Part shown: positions 19,250-29,219 of the stretch, piece after piece
Position numbering within the stretch: the stretch's first letter is position 1
Layout: each line of letters opens with the position of its first letter
Virus record (IMG/VR): IMGVR_UViG_3300050122_000263
Location: 496,001-560,000 of that record
DNA: 64,000 nt
Strand: one strand, 5' to 3'
Notes under the pieces: generated by a model
What the model was told of the DNA's origin: nothing
Seen by the model: only the letters and a program-made list of their open reading frames with translations
Databases searched by the model: none
Translations under genes and position numbers: made by a program

Positions 19250-19969
19250 ATGAACGAAGCAAAAGAAACTATCGAAACAGTTCATGGATACCAAGTCTCA
19301 ATCCCTAACCTGGGAGGTGGCTATGCTGGAGTACTCCAGCTGAAACCAGCCATGCTCAAATTACTTGAGATCTTTGCCGCGAACAATGTGAAGGTCGACA
19401 GTATTGGTGTCGGTTTGGGAGAGGCTGGTTACTATGCCGCAAACGACGGGTGTTATGGCTGGATAGGCTATATTCCAGAAGAGCAGAGGAAAAACATAGG
19501 CTTCTTTCAAGATGGAGTAACAACTCTGTGGTGGTCTCAAACTACCGATTTTGACGTGCTCAAACAACAACCAGAGCTGTGTCAGCGTCTGCGAGATAAC
19601 CTGACCAAAGGTGGGCGCGGCAAGACGTATAGCCCCATCAATGTACGAGGAATTACCCAGAGAGAAATATCCAAAATCGGCATCTACAAACGCCCCAACT
19701 TTGATGAGGTGTACCAAGCATTGAAGAAGGTCTATCCTGATCTCAGCGCGGCTCAATGTGCTAAGATGGATTCGCGTTACGAACCGGACGAATATAATTA
19801 TGACCTGGTGATGGACCGCCCATATGACGGAGACATGGATCTGATAGATATAGAAGAAAGAACGAGTTACGAACCCACGGGTACATATACAACTTATTAC
19901 GGCATCCTCACTCCAGACATTGAGCCCAATCTGCAAACATTGCTGGAGCTGGTCACTGCCAAGAAGTAG
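19250..19969 (+). CDS. Hypothetical protein
   Basis: 239 aa ORF with AAGATG start and downstream AATAAAAA. Confidence 0.7.
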   Translation: MNEAKETIETVHGYQVSIPNLGGGYAGVLQLKPAMLKLLEIFAANNVKVDSIGVGLGEAGYYAANDGCYGWIGYIPEEQRKNIGFFQDGVTTLWWSQTTDFDVLKQQPELCQRLRDNLTKGGRGKTYSPINVRGITQREISKIGIYKRPNFDEVYQALKKVYPDLSAAQCAKMDSRYEPDEYNYDLVMDRPYDGDMDLIDIEERTSYEPTGTYTTYYGILTPDIEPNLQTLLELVTAKK

Positions 19970-20062
19970 CCGAGCCAGAAGGGGCTGAAATAAAAAACAA
20001 CTCACAACTAAGTTGTGAAGAGTTTCCAAAACTTCGAGGGTTTAATCTTGACATCGAGATAA

Positions 20063-20362
20063 ATGACCTCCACCCAAACCATCTCTGAGTACGAGGCTAT
20101 AGCTTTCAGCTTCTTGGGAAAGAATTTTGTACGAGGTGCCTCTATCAGACAAGGAGTAAGAACCATTCTACTGCAATGGCCCAAACGTGAGATCGGTTTA
20201 ATCCTGACAGAAACGGATTGGACCCTGTTTCGTTTCAAGCAGAATGAACAACTCAAGCACCGAGTGACTGGCTATCAGAGGACTGGAGTCTCGGTGGATG
20301 ATTTGAGTGAAGCTCTCACCCATATCAAAGAACAACTAGCCGCCAATGCTGAGAATTGTTAA
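20063..20362 (+). CDS. Hypothetical protein
   Basis: 99 aa ORF; its stop overlaps TTAAAAA, followed by a hairpin at 20364-20387. Confidence 0.65.
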   Translation: MTSTQTISEYEAIAFSFLGKNFVRGASIRQGVRTILLQWPKREIGLILTETDWTLFRFKQNEQLKHRVTGYQRTGVSVDDLSEALTHIKEQLAANAENC

Positions 20363-20527
20363 AAAGCACCTCTCATCAGAGATGCTTAATTTAATCATGT
20401 TACCTTCGATCAAGGGATGTAAGCTATAGCCGCTTCAATATATCCCATAGTTTAACCGCCATTAATTGGTGTAACTAGCACAAATGATCTACAGCAACTG
20501 TAGCGAGAGACAAAAACACAAGACACT

Positions 20528-21109
20528 ATGGAAGGTATCAAGAACTCTCCAGTTTCTGCCAAGAAGATGGAGTCTGTAGAAGTAGATATCTTTGACATCA
20601 AGCCCGTCTGTCTTCACTACGATCCACCCCACGAGTTCTTTTGCCCACGTCTCGCGATGACGGATGAGAATTACTGTCTTCGCCATATCCCTCAGGATCG
20701 CAAGCGCTTCCCTGCCCATCATCCCGAAGAGATCTGCTCATCTGACAACCCTAGGCATAAGGCTGATATTGAAGCTGTTATGCAAGACACTGATTGCACT
20801 ATATTGACAGCTGTAGCGGCTCTGCGCCGTTATTGGGGCAACCCGTTTCTAGCTATCGACGCTGTCAATGAGAAGCTAGAGCTTTATTATGCAGATGAGT
20901 CTCACAGCACCAAGTTCACAAGAGAGGATATTGAATGTGTGAGTCTCATTGTGGACATCAACAAGGAGTGTGCTGAAGTAGCGCTTGAGCGTCAGCACGG
21001 CAATGTTGATGAAGCTATACTGGATATCCTCAATACCACTAAGCCAGAGCGTGCTCGTAAGTTTGTGGTTGCGCGGACTGAGAAGCGCCGTAAGAAGAAC
21101 GGTATGTGA
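20528..21109 (+). CDS. C3H Zn-finger plus two UBA-like (NAC-alpha/HYPK-type) domains
   Basis: C..(FFC)...YCLRH, then DIEAVMQDTDCTILTAVAALRRYWGNPFLAI and DIECVSLIVDINKECAEVALERQHGNVDEAI. Confidence 0.7.
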   Translation: MEGIKNSPVSAKKMESVEVDIFDIKPVCLHYDPPHEFFCPRLAMTDENYCLRHIPQDRKRFPAHHPEEICSSDNPRHKADIEAVMQDTDCTILTAVAALRRYWGNPFLAIDAVNEKLELYYADESHSTKFTREDIECVSLIVDINKECAEVALERQHGNVDEAILDILNTTKPERARKFVVARTEKRRKKNGM

Positions 21110-21115
21110 GATTGT

Positions 21116-21145
21116 TAAAAAGCATAATCACTGATCAGTGATTAT
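21116..21145 (+). terminator. 3' palindrome
   Basis: TTAAAAAGC then a perfect 22-bp palindrome ATAATCACTGATCAGTGATTAT (21124-21145). Confidence 0.65.
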
Positions 21146-21200
21146 ACCGATATAAACCTGAAACATCAGGGCTGAGTTTTTAATCATACATCTCCAAGTT

Positions 21201-22178
21201 TCAGCGCCCGAAAGGCTCAGCACACTCAACAGCCTGATCGATCCTGCCTGGCCTAACCAGGGCTTCCATATTAGGAGCTGTCAGGAATTCTCTCACATTG
21301 CTGGTCAAGATAACGAGACAGCGGGTGGGAAGGCGTGACGGTCCATCTATGGCACTTAGGATACCTCCGATGGAGACCCGTTTCGGCTTATCAACCAACT
21401 GTTTGTCAATCTCGTCAAAGACGACGATAGAGGAGGGAGGAATAGAGTTGATGAGATTGGTTAGAGCGCTGTCACACATCTTCTCGTGATTGAGAGTGAT
21501 ACAGTAGACGGACATGTTGTACATAGCAGCGATAATGCCGGGTAATGCCGACTTGCCAGTGCCTGGGGGACCATATAGGAAATAGCCCCGGCGATAGGGT
21601 CTACCTGTCACTAGGTATCTATTGGCACTACCCATGAATTCGGCCACATCAGTCAGCACATGTCTCATGCTGACCGTGTGAGTGGCTGGATTAAGAGCCA
21701 GCACTGGACGAGGCGCTGGGAAGGCCCAAGCATCTCCATTGGACATGTAGTAATAGAGTAGCTGAGCAGCATTATTACTCTGTCCATAGATATGGGTAAC
21801 AGCATTGCGCAGAAATAGTCTCTTTGAGGCAGTCTGAAAAGGTCCCTTCCAGATCCAGATTATGATTTTCTCTGCTTCAAGCTTGATGTGCAATGTTACC
21901 CCTTGATGCTTGACTGTGTAGCGACCAAGTCCAAAAGTGAAGTTAGGCGCATCCCCGTTGCCGTCCTGGATATCTGTTGCCTGATTGGGAATCTCCCTCT
22001 TCAAGAAATTCAAGATAGCATAAACTGTCTTGGGGTTCTGTGCTATAATGCATGAATATTCTACAGTGAAGAGACTAGCTATTAAGTCCAACAATCTCTG
22101 AAATATGTTCTTGGCTTGATCACCGCCAACGGTGAGAGCTGCCGAAGCACCTATCGCCACTGCCACTGCGCCACTCAT
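21201..22178 (-). CDS. BCS1-like AAA+ ATPase
   Basis: PYRRGYFLYGPPGTGKS (Walker A), SIVVFDEID (Walker B), GILSAIDG, ILTSN, ALVRPGRID. Confidence 0.92.
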   Translation of the reverse strand: MSGAVAVAIGASAALTVGGDQAKNIFQRLLDLIASLFTVEYSCIIAQNPKTVYAILNFLKREIPNQATDIQDGNGDAPNFTFGLGRYTVKHQGVTLHIKLEAEKIIIWIWKGPFQTASKRLFLRNAVTHIYGQSNNAAQLLYYYMSNGDAWAFPAPRPVLALNPATHTVSMRHVLTDVAEFMGSANRYLVTGRPYRRGYFLYGPPGTGKSALPGIIAAMYNMSVYCITLNHEKMCDSALTNLINSIPPSSIVVFDEIDKQLVDKPKRVSIGGILSAIDGPSRLPTRCLVILTSNVREFLTAPNMEALVRPGRIDQAVECAEPFGR

Positions 22179-22228
22179 TTCCCAGGTTGCGAAAATGATC
22201 CAGGAAAATCATTTTTCCATAGCGATAA

Positions 22229-22627
22229 ATGAAGAGCGATACATCATTAGCTCGTGCTCAGAGAATGGTACCAATCGGTCCTGGCATCCCATCTATTCCA
22301 TTTGGGCCAACTACAGACAATCCATACCACTGGTTAGGCCAAGGCAATGCATCAGTCCAACCAGTGCAAAGCATGTCAGTGGAAGCACGAAAACCGACCA
22401 AACCAGGTCAGGTACCTCCCGGACAGAAGATGTGTCCGGCATGTTCCGGCAAAGGCAGCTATCAGGAGATGGGTGAGGAAAAGTGCGGCCCCTGTATGGG
22501 AACTGGGCGAGATCTGAAAGAGGATCTATGGGCAGCGCCTTGCCGTACTTGCAATGGTCGTGGAAAGATCACCTACTGTCGCAGGGTTACCTGTGGACGT
22601 TGTCATGGTAATGGCTGGATCTTTTAG
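22229..22627 (+). CDS. DnaJ-type Cys-rich Zn-finger protein (no J domain)
   Basis: Four CxxCxGxG repeats: CPACSGKG, CGPCMGTG, CRTCNGRG, CGRCHGNG. Confidence 0.85.
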   Translation: MKSDTSLARAQRMVPIGPGIPSIPFGPTTDNPYHWLGQGNASVQPVQSMSVEARKPTKPGQVPPGQKMCPACSGKGSYQEMGEEKCGPCMGTGRDLKEDLWAAPCRTCNGRGKITYCRRVTCGRCHGNGWIF

Positions 22628-22882
22628 CGCTCTCCTCTAACACCCTCCTCTACACCTTCCTCTCATCACTGTTTGTACAAACATCCCAGCACCCACACTT
22701 TGTAATATAAAAATTCTCATTTTAAACTCATAGATTTCATAGCAGAAATAGCTAATATATTAGCTATCTTTACCCGGCCCATCTTATCAGCTTATTTTCA
22801 TGGAAGTAATTTCACCACTTCTGACCTCAGCATCTGAAAATGAGAGTTAATTTTTGCTCCATAACTTTGCCAAACCGTTCTG

Positions 22883-24229
22883 ATGGAGGTGCGCGCTTTC
22901 ACATGTCAGGACCCTGGTAAGGCCAAGGTTATTGGCTTGGATATTTCTTCCACTCGTGATGTGAAATTCTTCCAGAAGAAGGAGATCATCTTTTGTGTTG
23001 ATCTGTCTGGTTCCATGCGCTCGGCTTTGCCCGATGTTAAGGCCAGTCTCATGGCTTTCAGAGATGTTCTGCTCGGCATTACCCCTGCCGACTTAGATGG
23101 ACAGCTGACTGGAACAATGTTGGAGAAGCGCCTGCGTGACAACATCACTATTAAGATCGTGGGTTATAGCAGTGACTCTTGGCTCATCTATTCCACGCAA
23201 GCTGAAGATTATCAGCGTTTTTCTCCCTTCAACAGTGAAACCCCTTCTGAGCCAGAACTGTCGATGTATGGAGTGGAATACAGGCAGTGCTATGCTTCTA
23301 CTCCTGCCCAGAGCTTTGAGCAGGCTGTGTCCAATATGCGTATCTACACCGAGACCAATATCGGCGCTGGAGTAGAGCTATGTTACAAACTGGTTGATAC
23401 CAGGAAGATGTCTTGGATCGTACTGCTCAGTGATGGAGATGCCAGTATCGGTACTTACCAAGCGCCAAATAGTTTCATCGTGTTGAAACAGAAAGCACCA
23501 CCCTTAACTCGCATCATCACGCTGGGCTACGGAGATAACTTCTCCGTCGAGACTCTAACAAATCTGGGAGATTTTACCTATGTCTCAGACAGTAGCGCTA
23601 TTCCCAACGTCTTTGGCAGTCTCATCAGTGAAGTGGGAGGCACCCATATCTTCAACCTCTCCATCACCGCTCCAATTAAAGCAGCTGTTATGAGGCCTAT
23701 CATTGGAAATACAGATATTGGCTGTATCTATGCCGGACGAGAGTACACAATAGCTTATTCTTGCAATGAGCTGGCATATTCCACTCTCAAGCCTTTCACT
23801 GTCTCTTATTATGACGCTGTTTTGGAGAAAGATGTCACGTTTGAAGTAGTGCCTGAGAGGCGTTGTCTACCCTCTCCTGAGTCATTGCGTGTCAAGTATT
23901 ATGCGGCAGCCACTGGCCGCCGTATGCTCTTAATTTACCGGGCTATCAGAGAAGGTGATAATATACAGACCTTCTGCCTGAAAATGAAGAAAGAGTTGCA
24001 AGCCTGGACTGAGCCCTGTGCTCAGCAGTTTAAGGATCGCTTATTCAGCTTCCTTGACTCCGTAGAAGGGGTAACTGGAGAGCGTGACATAATCGGTTTC
24101 TCCCATCAAGCAGCTCAGCTCTCAGCCGAGACAATGACTCAGACTTCTATGCTGACAGCTTCACCTCGCAGCCAGGCCAGTGTAGACAGCATGCGCAAGA
24201 TAGCAGGTTATTACTCTGCTCGTAAGTGA
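22883..24229 (+). CDS. von Willebrand factor A domain protein
   Basis: MIDAS motif IIFCVDLSGSM, TNIGAG, IVLLSDG, TLGYG. Confidence 0.9.
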   Translation: MEVRAFTCQDPGKAKVIGLDISSTRDVKFFQKKEIIFCVDLSGSMRSALPDVKASLMAFRDVLLGITPADLDGQLTGTMLEKRLRDNITIKIVGYSSDSWLIYSTQAEDYQRFSPFNSETPSEPELSMYGVEYRQCYASTPAQSFEQAVSNMRIYTETNIGAGVELCYKLVDTRKMSWIVLLSDGDASIGTYQAPNSFIVLKQKAPPLTRIITLGYGDNFSVETLTNLGDFTYVSDSSAIPNVFGSLISEVGGTHIFNLSITAPIKAAVMRPIIGNTDIGCIYAGREYTIAYSCNELAYSTLKPFTVSYYDAVLEKDVTFEVVPERRCLPSPESLRVKYYAAATGRRMLLIYRAIREGDNIQTFCLKMKKELQAWTEPCAQQFKDRLFSFLDSVEGVTGERDIIGFSHQAAQLSAETMTQTSMLTASPRSQASVDSMRKIAGYYSARK

Positions 24230-24270
24230 AGAGTTAAAAACCTTAAACTGGTCTTTTCTAATATAAAGAG

Positions 24271-24630
24271 ATGTCCAAGTTACCGCGCGATTCCACCTGG
24301 CAGCTCAACTTTTATCAGGGCCCTATTGTTTCTGTAGATGCTACCAGTAAAGTGACTTTCACCACTCCTCATGAGATTGATCTTACTAAAGGGCCATATG
24401 TTGAGCAGGATTATGGCAATAATGGTCTTCACATTATGTTCGGTCCAGCTCAGCGCGACTGTTTCACTTGCTTGGAAGGTATCTGGAAGCACGTTAAGGC
24501 CAAATATCCAGCTATCAGTGGATTACGCATAGATCGAGATCTGATTGATGGTAAATTCTATCTTGCTACCGAGGATGGTGGTTGTGGCGTATGGCGTGGT
24601 AAGTTCTTGCTAGAACAGATTTCTATCTGA
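24271..24630 (+). CDS. Hypothetical protein
   Basis: 119 aa ORF followed by a 13-bp hairpin. Confidence 0.65.
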   Translation: MSKLPRDSTWQLNFYQGPIVSVDATSKVTFTTPHEIDLTKGPYVEQDYGNNGLHIMFGPAQRDCFTCLEGIWKHVKAKYPAISGLRIDRDLIDGKFYLATEDGGCGVWRGKFLLEQISI

Positions 24631-24637
24631 AGTTATG

Positions 24638-24666
24638 AAAAATATCTCATCATGAGATATTTTTAA
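24638..24666. terminator. 3' hairpin
   Basis: AAAAATATCTCAT-c-ATGAGATATTTTT. Confidence 0.7.
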
Positions 24667-24924
24667 TGTGTGCCCTTACTAAGACCAAGATCATTATGAA
24701 TGGTTAACCACCTCCTCCGTCCCATTTCGAGCCCATTTCGGGGAAAGTTGCATCTTTATTGCCACATACATAGCGGTCATAGAGATATATCGATGTGGGA
24801 AAGCTCATAAAAAGCGCAAGAGAGATCACTGCGACAAGCAGCGGCGGGACCATGTTTTGCTTTGTCTTTCGCGTACGAGTAATATTTCTATATCACTTTT
24901 AATATCATATTATTTCCCTAATTG

Positions 24925-26355
24925 TTATGGGGCTATATAGACCAAGCTGTCGAAGCTGGTAGTTCTATCTCTCACATCCACCAGCTCTGTGACTATTTGG
25001 TGGGAACCTGGCATGTGAGTGAAAACAATAATGTCATATCCCAATTCTTTGCCTAACAGACATAGATCCCTGTCAAAACTATCTTCACTCGCGTAGAAAC
25101 CCAATAACTGCCCCATATAACGCTTGCGTTGTGGCAGACGAGCTATCTCCTCCTCTGTGAAAGATCTATTATAAAGCTGGAGTGGCCCACTGATCTTGTG
25201 TAACTTGTTATGACGATCCATCTCCTTAGTGTAAGCTGCCACTTCTAGAGGTGTCATCATCAGATCATCTGGCAGCCGTGGTAGCTGGCTCAGCTTCTTG
25301 CCGGCTGCGAAATCTCGGTAACCAAGACTGTAGGCTAGAAAGCTTTCATCAAATCCGTGAATAATGTGTTCCTCCTCGGATGGTGCTGTAACTCCTTCAA
25401 TATAGGTTTTGTGACGCCCCAACATAGCTTCCATCTGCAACATAGCGACCAGTTTAGTGCGAGCAATTAGAGCGCGCCGGAAAGCTAGGTAGGTGCTAGA
25501 CTCTGACTCCAAGTTCCCGGTTAGGGAACTAGGGGCTTCCCCAGACATATACGTCGGGGGAAGCTCCACATAATAAAAGGTGCCACAGAAACTTCCGCCA
25601 GATTGAGATGGACCATGATAGAGACCCCGACTCATACCTGCAGCATAACGGGTGACGGGAACCAGTTGCCATTCCATCCCATTCAACTCAGCCTTGAAAT
25701 AAATGTCTGTGGGAATGATCTGTGTAGAATTAATAACCGAAGCCCCTGGAGTGCGGAAAATAGACATATCGGTGACAGGGCGCTTGCTCCGCTTATATAC
25801 ACGGTCTGGCGCAAATAATAGCAAAGGCAGTGAATTAGCTGTCTCGCCAGCTTCTCGGATAAGTTCGGCTACAGTACAATAGCGCCATCTGGGCCACTGT
25901 CGCAAAGTGAGGCTCTCATCGCTATCTGGGTCACTTAGGTCAGGTAATGTGGGAGCAAATGTGTACCAGAACTTTATCTCCTCTCTTGTCAATCCATTGA
26001 GGCGATCCTCTAGATAGAGCGTATTGAGTTCGGCTATAGTGGTTACGCCTTCTCCATAGCTCGGTAAGTAATCGTTACTCTCCTCCTCGGTGGGAAGTTC
26101 TGGTAAGAAACCGGCTCTCACAAAGGCCACAGCATCGGGAATTGAGCGCACGTTAAACAATAGGCATTGTTTAGCATCGCTAAGTTGTTGAGCTAGCAGA
26201 GCTCGGATCTGCTCTGCAAAGGCTGGAATGTCTGTGATGTCTCCATAATAATGACGCCCCTCTGCATCAATGGTGCCGATGGGAATCAACGGTTTAGATG
26301 TCAGCTCCTCTTCTTCCTCCTCAAAAGAGACAGATTCATTGAAAGACTCTTGCAT
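24925..26355 (-). CDS. Paralog family A member 1 (PVTRY...GTFYY...GYD...QIVTE; putative ART-like fold)
   Basis: Clear colinear similarity to 36026-37132 and 47871-49058. Confidence 0.8.
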   Translation of the reverse strand: MQESFNESVSFEEEEEELTSKPLIPIGTIDAEGRHYYGDITDIPAFAEQIRALLAQQLSDAKQCLLFNVRSIPDAVAFVRAGFLPELPTEEESNDYLPSYGEGVTTIAELNTLYLEDRLNGLTREEIKFWYTFAPTLPDLSDPDSDESLTLRQWPRWRYCTVAELIREAGETANSLPLLLFAPDRVYKRSKRPVTDMSIFRTPGASVINSTQIIPTDIYFKAELNGMEWQLVPVTRYAAGMSRGLYHGPSQSGGSFCGTFYYVELPPTYMSGEAPSSLTGNLESESSTYLAFRRALIARTKLVAMLQMEAMLGRHKTYIEGVTAPSEEEHIIHGFDESFLAYSLGYRDFAAGKKLSQLPRLPDDLMMTPLEVAAYTKEMDRHNKLHKISGPLQLYNRSFTEEEIARLPQRKRYMGQLLGFYASEDSFDRDLCLLGKELGYDIIVFTHMPGSHQIVTELVDVRDRTTSFDSLVYIAP

Positions 26356-26422
26356 CTCGCTCCTTTCCTTGAGTTCGATAATAAATTGTCGCAGAGTTAT
26401 AAATTGTTCTTTTCATATCTAA

Positions 26423-27631
26423 ATGGAGGCTTCGATCGGAGGCATCAAATACAACTTTGCGATTCCAGGTACAGGGATTGAGATAAAACTCTTTGAAGTA
26501 TCACGATACTTCTCAGATTATGGCAATACTAATTTCAATCTATCACTACTCAATTTAGGCAATGGCTATTATTTGGCAGCTTGTAACAGCTTCCGTCGTT
26601 ATGCTGAGGGTGCTCTTCCCCGCAGTCTGATTGCTGATACTCTGAATAATCCCAACCATCCTTGGTTAGGCGGTAAAGGTTCAACTACTTGGTGGAAAAT
26701 AACAGCAAAAGGTACCGATGGTTCAATTATCATGGTTTTGGACGGTAACTTTCGAGTGCTGGGTATCCCCGTGCTTATCAGTACTGTCAATGATACCAGA
26801 TTGTTCCGCAATGCAGCAGGGGAGATAATCGCTACCACTTCCGCAGGAGTTCTTCGCCAGCAGATCGGTGAGGACAGGGAGAAATATGGGCTTCCCAAGG
26901 ATGAAGCCCGTCTTAAGTGCGGTAATGTCTGCGGCCTAATAAATGAGTATGTTATCGGCTCACCAGTAAAAGTAGGAAGAGAATGGGAGATGACGGTACA
27001 AGACAGGGGACCACTTTGTGCTAATCTCTCCGTACATGGGGAGAAGAACTGGTCGCTCTGGAGTTATAACGGCCGAGACTTTATTTCCTACTGGTTGGCA
27101 CCCAAACATACAGTCTTCATAATGGAAGGCAACATCTCACGCTGTGCTGCTAAGATGGAACAGGAGATTAATATCTTCCAGCAAGTGGAGCAGTTCTATG
27201 CGCGGAAAGTTATCTTTTCTCTATCCACTCCAGCCTTGCCTTTAGGAGATGGCACCATGCTGGCAGTTGGTCACCTGAAAATTCACCTCGATGGACTGAG
27301 GACCGATACGCCTGCTCATCGCTTTGTTACAGCGGTTGCCGATTTACCTCATCACCCCTTTGAGGTCATCTATCTTATGTATCTGTATACCTTCAATCCA
27401 GAGACTTTCAGCTTGCTACAGATCAGTAATGCTTTCTTGCCACCAGCTGCTAAATACGCTCTGGTCTTTCCGGAGGGATTAACACACTCAGATGATGGTC
27501 GTTTCTTGATCTCCTATGGAGAAGGTGATGTATTAATGAAAATCATGGCTATTAACTTAGAGACAGTCAGATCACTGCTTTATTCTGTGGAGAATGTTAA
27601 TCCGGCTGATTTCAACTTCTACAAGTTATAA
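26423..27631 (+). CDS. GH130-like five-bladed beta-propeller glycosidase
   Basis: EKNWSLW, SLSTPA...LAVGH, YLMYLYTF...ISNAF, LVFPEGL...LISYGEGD match this propeller family. Confidence 0.6.
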   Translation: MEASIGGIKYNFAIPGTGIEIKLFEVSRYFSDYGNTNFNLSLLNLGNGYYLAACNSFRRYAEGALPRSLIADTLNNPNHPWLGGKGSTTWWKITAKGTDGSIIMVLDGNFRVLGIPVLISTVNDTRLFRNAAGEIIATTSAGVLRQQIGEDREKYGLPKDEARLKCGNVCGLINEYVIGSPVKVGREWEMTVQDRGPLCANLSVHGEKNWSLWSYNGRDFISYWLAPKHTVFIMEGNISRCAAKMEQEINIFQQVEQFYARKVIFSLSTPALPLGDGTMLAVGHLKIHLDGLRTDTPAHRFVTAVADLPHHPFEVIYLMYLYTFNPETFSLLQISNAFLPPAAKYALVFPEGLTHSDDGRFLISYGEGDVLMKIMAINLETVRSLLYSVENVNPADFNFYKL

Positions 27632-27678
27632 GCCTCAACCTTCAGACTAGATGTCAAAAATCTCTCAACAGAGATTTT

Positions 27679-27966
27679 TTATACTCGGGGCAAGAAACAG
27701 CCCGCCGAGGCAAGCAGAATCGCACTGTTTGTCCATATAAAATATATGGTATCATCACCGGGAAACTTGTAAAAGACGATGTATTTGTCCCATCCTTGCT
27801 CTTTAGCGTATTTAGCGGCACTTTCAGCAGTGCTGGTGCCGTAACAACTTCCCGCACCAGAAATATTCCACATATAAATTCCCTGTGGTATCTCTTCTAG
27901 ATCTTTTGAGTCCGGAGCTGACATATCCTCTCTGTTAGGTATCCTCCCCACCGTTCTTCCTGCCAT
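27679..27966 (-). CDS. Hypothetical protein
   Basis: 95 aa ATG ORF. Confidence 0.55.
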   Translation of the reverse strand: MAGRTVGRIPNREDMSAPDSKDLEEIPQGIYMWNISGAGSCYGTSTAESAAKYAKEQGWDKYIVFYKFPGDDTIYFIWTNSAILLASAGCFLPRV

Positions 27967-27998
27967 TTTTCTGGCTATGAGATGAGATTATTTACAAT

Positions 27999-28020
27999 CA
28001 TTCCAGAAATTTCTGGAATG
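27999..28020. promoter_or_regulatory. Perfect 22-bp palindrome in a divergent intergenic region
   Basis: CATTCCAGAAATTTCTGGAATG; it sits between two 5' ends and lacks the TAAAAA flank. Confidence 0.4.
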
Positions 28021-28232
28021 ACTTGCTCGACAGGGTAGGGTTATCTGTTACCTCTCGTTTTAATGGAGTATATAACATATTCTGCTGTTTTAGCTTACCG
28101 TCTTTTAACCCTTATCTTGAAAATATTTGCTCCGAAACATTACGCTGAGGGGAAGCATCATTCTGGCCGGAGAAATTAAGTGTCTGCAACTGTAAATGAC
28201 AGGTGCAAATTCCTTTTTAGCAGAGCAAAGCG

Positions 28233-29219
28233 ATGGCGGAGGCCGACGCGAAAGGTAAAGAGGAAACCCCATCGCTAAAACGCCCTCTTGTTAAGTGGAA
28301 ACTTGGTGGCACTTTTATCCCTAAAGTGGCTGTCAAAGTTGAACCAGAAGAACCGGAGGATCCTCCTGTAGTGGTGCTTCCTACTGTCCCTGATGACACC
28401 CCGCCAGAAATACCGGCGAAACCAAATCTACCTCTCAAACGCTCGGTTAGGGAGGTCGAGCGTGTGGCTGCTCTGCGGGACAAATTCACACTGCGAGATG
28501 TTCTGGCCCAGCATCAAGTCGCTCTTATGGGCAACTGTCCTTATCGAACTGTCATTAACATGGAGCGAAAGTTGTTAGTTAGATTGTGGTATAATACCTG
28601 GCCAGAGGATCTTCAGAGTTTTTGTCATTCTTTCCTACTGCGGGAGGAGAAGTTTATACGCCTACTACCAGCAGGAAAGGGAGACTATGGAAAAGGCAGA
28701 CGGGCCATTGTTGGTTGGCTTGTAAATACAGGAAGAACGGATGTCTTGAGTGGCAATAATTATGCAATTCCGATAAATCGAATAAAGAAGAACCCTACTA
28801 TAAAGGTGGTGATTGTGGTGGATGGTGACAACCTATGGCAAGTTGTGCCTGTCATAGGTAAATTTAATACAAAACACATACATGCTATCGTGTATGCCAA
28901 CACGGAGGTTCTGACCAGCAATCCTGTGCTGTATGCGAGAGGTAGGCCCTGGCTAAACATTATCCACAATTTCAACACTCAGAATGATGCCACTGATTTG
29001 CATGTGACAATGGCCGTGACGGCCTGTAACATGTTGTTAGATGACCATCTTGTTCTGCTTGTTGTTAGTGGAGATCATTTCGCCCGAAGCACTGTAGAAT
29101 ATCAACGCGAAATCCGTGAATTTTTGTATCCCAAACAGCGGTCAGTGCACTGGGTACAAAGTGTAAAGCAGATGGAGGCTATTTTGCAAGATTTGGCTCC
29201 ACTGCCCAGTAGAAAATAA
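28233..29219 (+). CDS. NYN/PIN-like nuclease domain protein with upstream HTH-like segment
   Basis: VIVVDGDN...NDATDLHVTM...LVVSGDHFA; paralog of 46837-47781. Confidence 0.65.
   Translation: MAEADAKGKEETPSLKRPLVKWKLGGTFIPKVAVKVEPEEPEDPPVVVLPTVPDDTPPEIPAKPNLPLKRSVREVERVAALRDKFTLRDVLAQHQVALMGNCPYRTVINMERKLLVRLWYNTWPEDLQSFCHSFLLREEKFIRLLPAGKGDYGKGRRAIVGWLVNTGRTDVLSGNNYAIPINRIKKNPTIKVVIVVDGDNLWQVVPVIGKFNTKHIHAIVYANTEVLTSNPVLYARGRPWLNIIHNFNTQNDATDLHVTMAVTACNMLLDDHLVLLVVSGDHFARSTVEYQREIREFLYPKQRSVHWVQSVKQMEAILQDLAPLPSRK

Noticed and set aside
19361-20029. 222-aa antisense ORF over 19250-19969
   Set aside because: Shadow frame: the + gene has the AAGATG start and a 3' A-tract, while this frame has no motif.
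22132-22476. 114-aa ORF overlapping the AAA and DnaJ-finger genes
   Set aside because: Overlaps two well-supported genes and has no recognisable motif.
24667-24924. GC-richer intergenic stretch with CCCATTTCG x2, considered as a tRNA or ncRNA
   Set aside because: No cloverleaf or proper T-loop (GTTCRA) context could be built by eye; tRNAscan-SE or Infernal would settle it.
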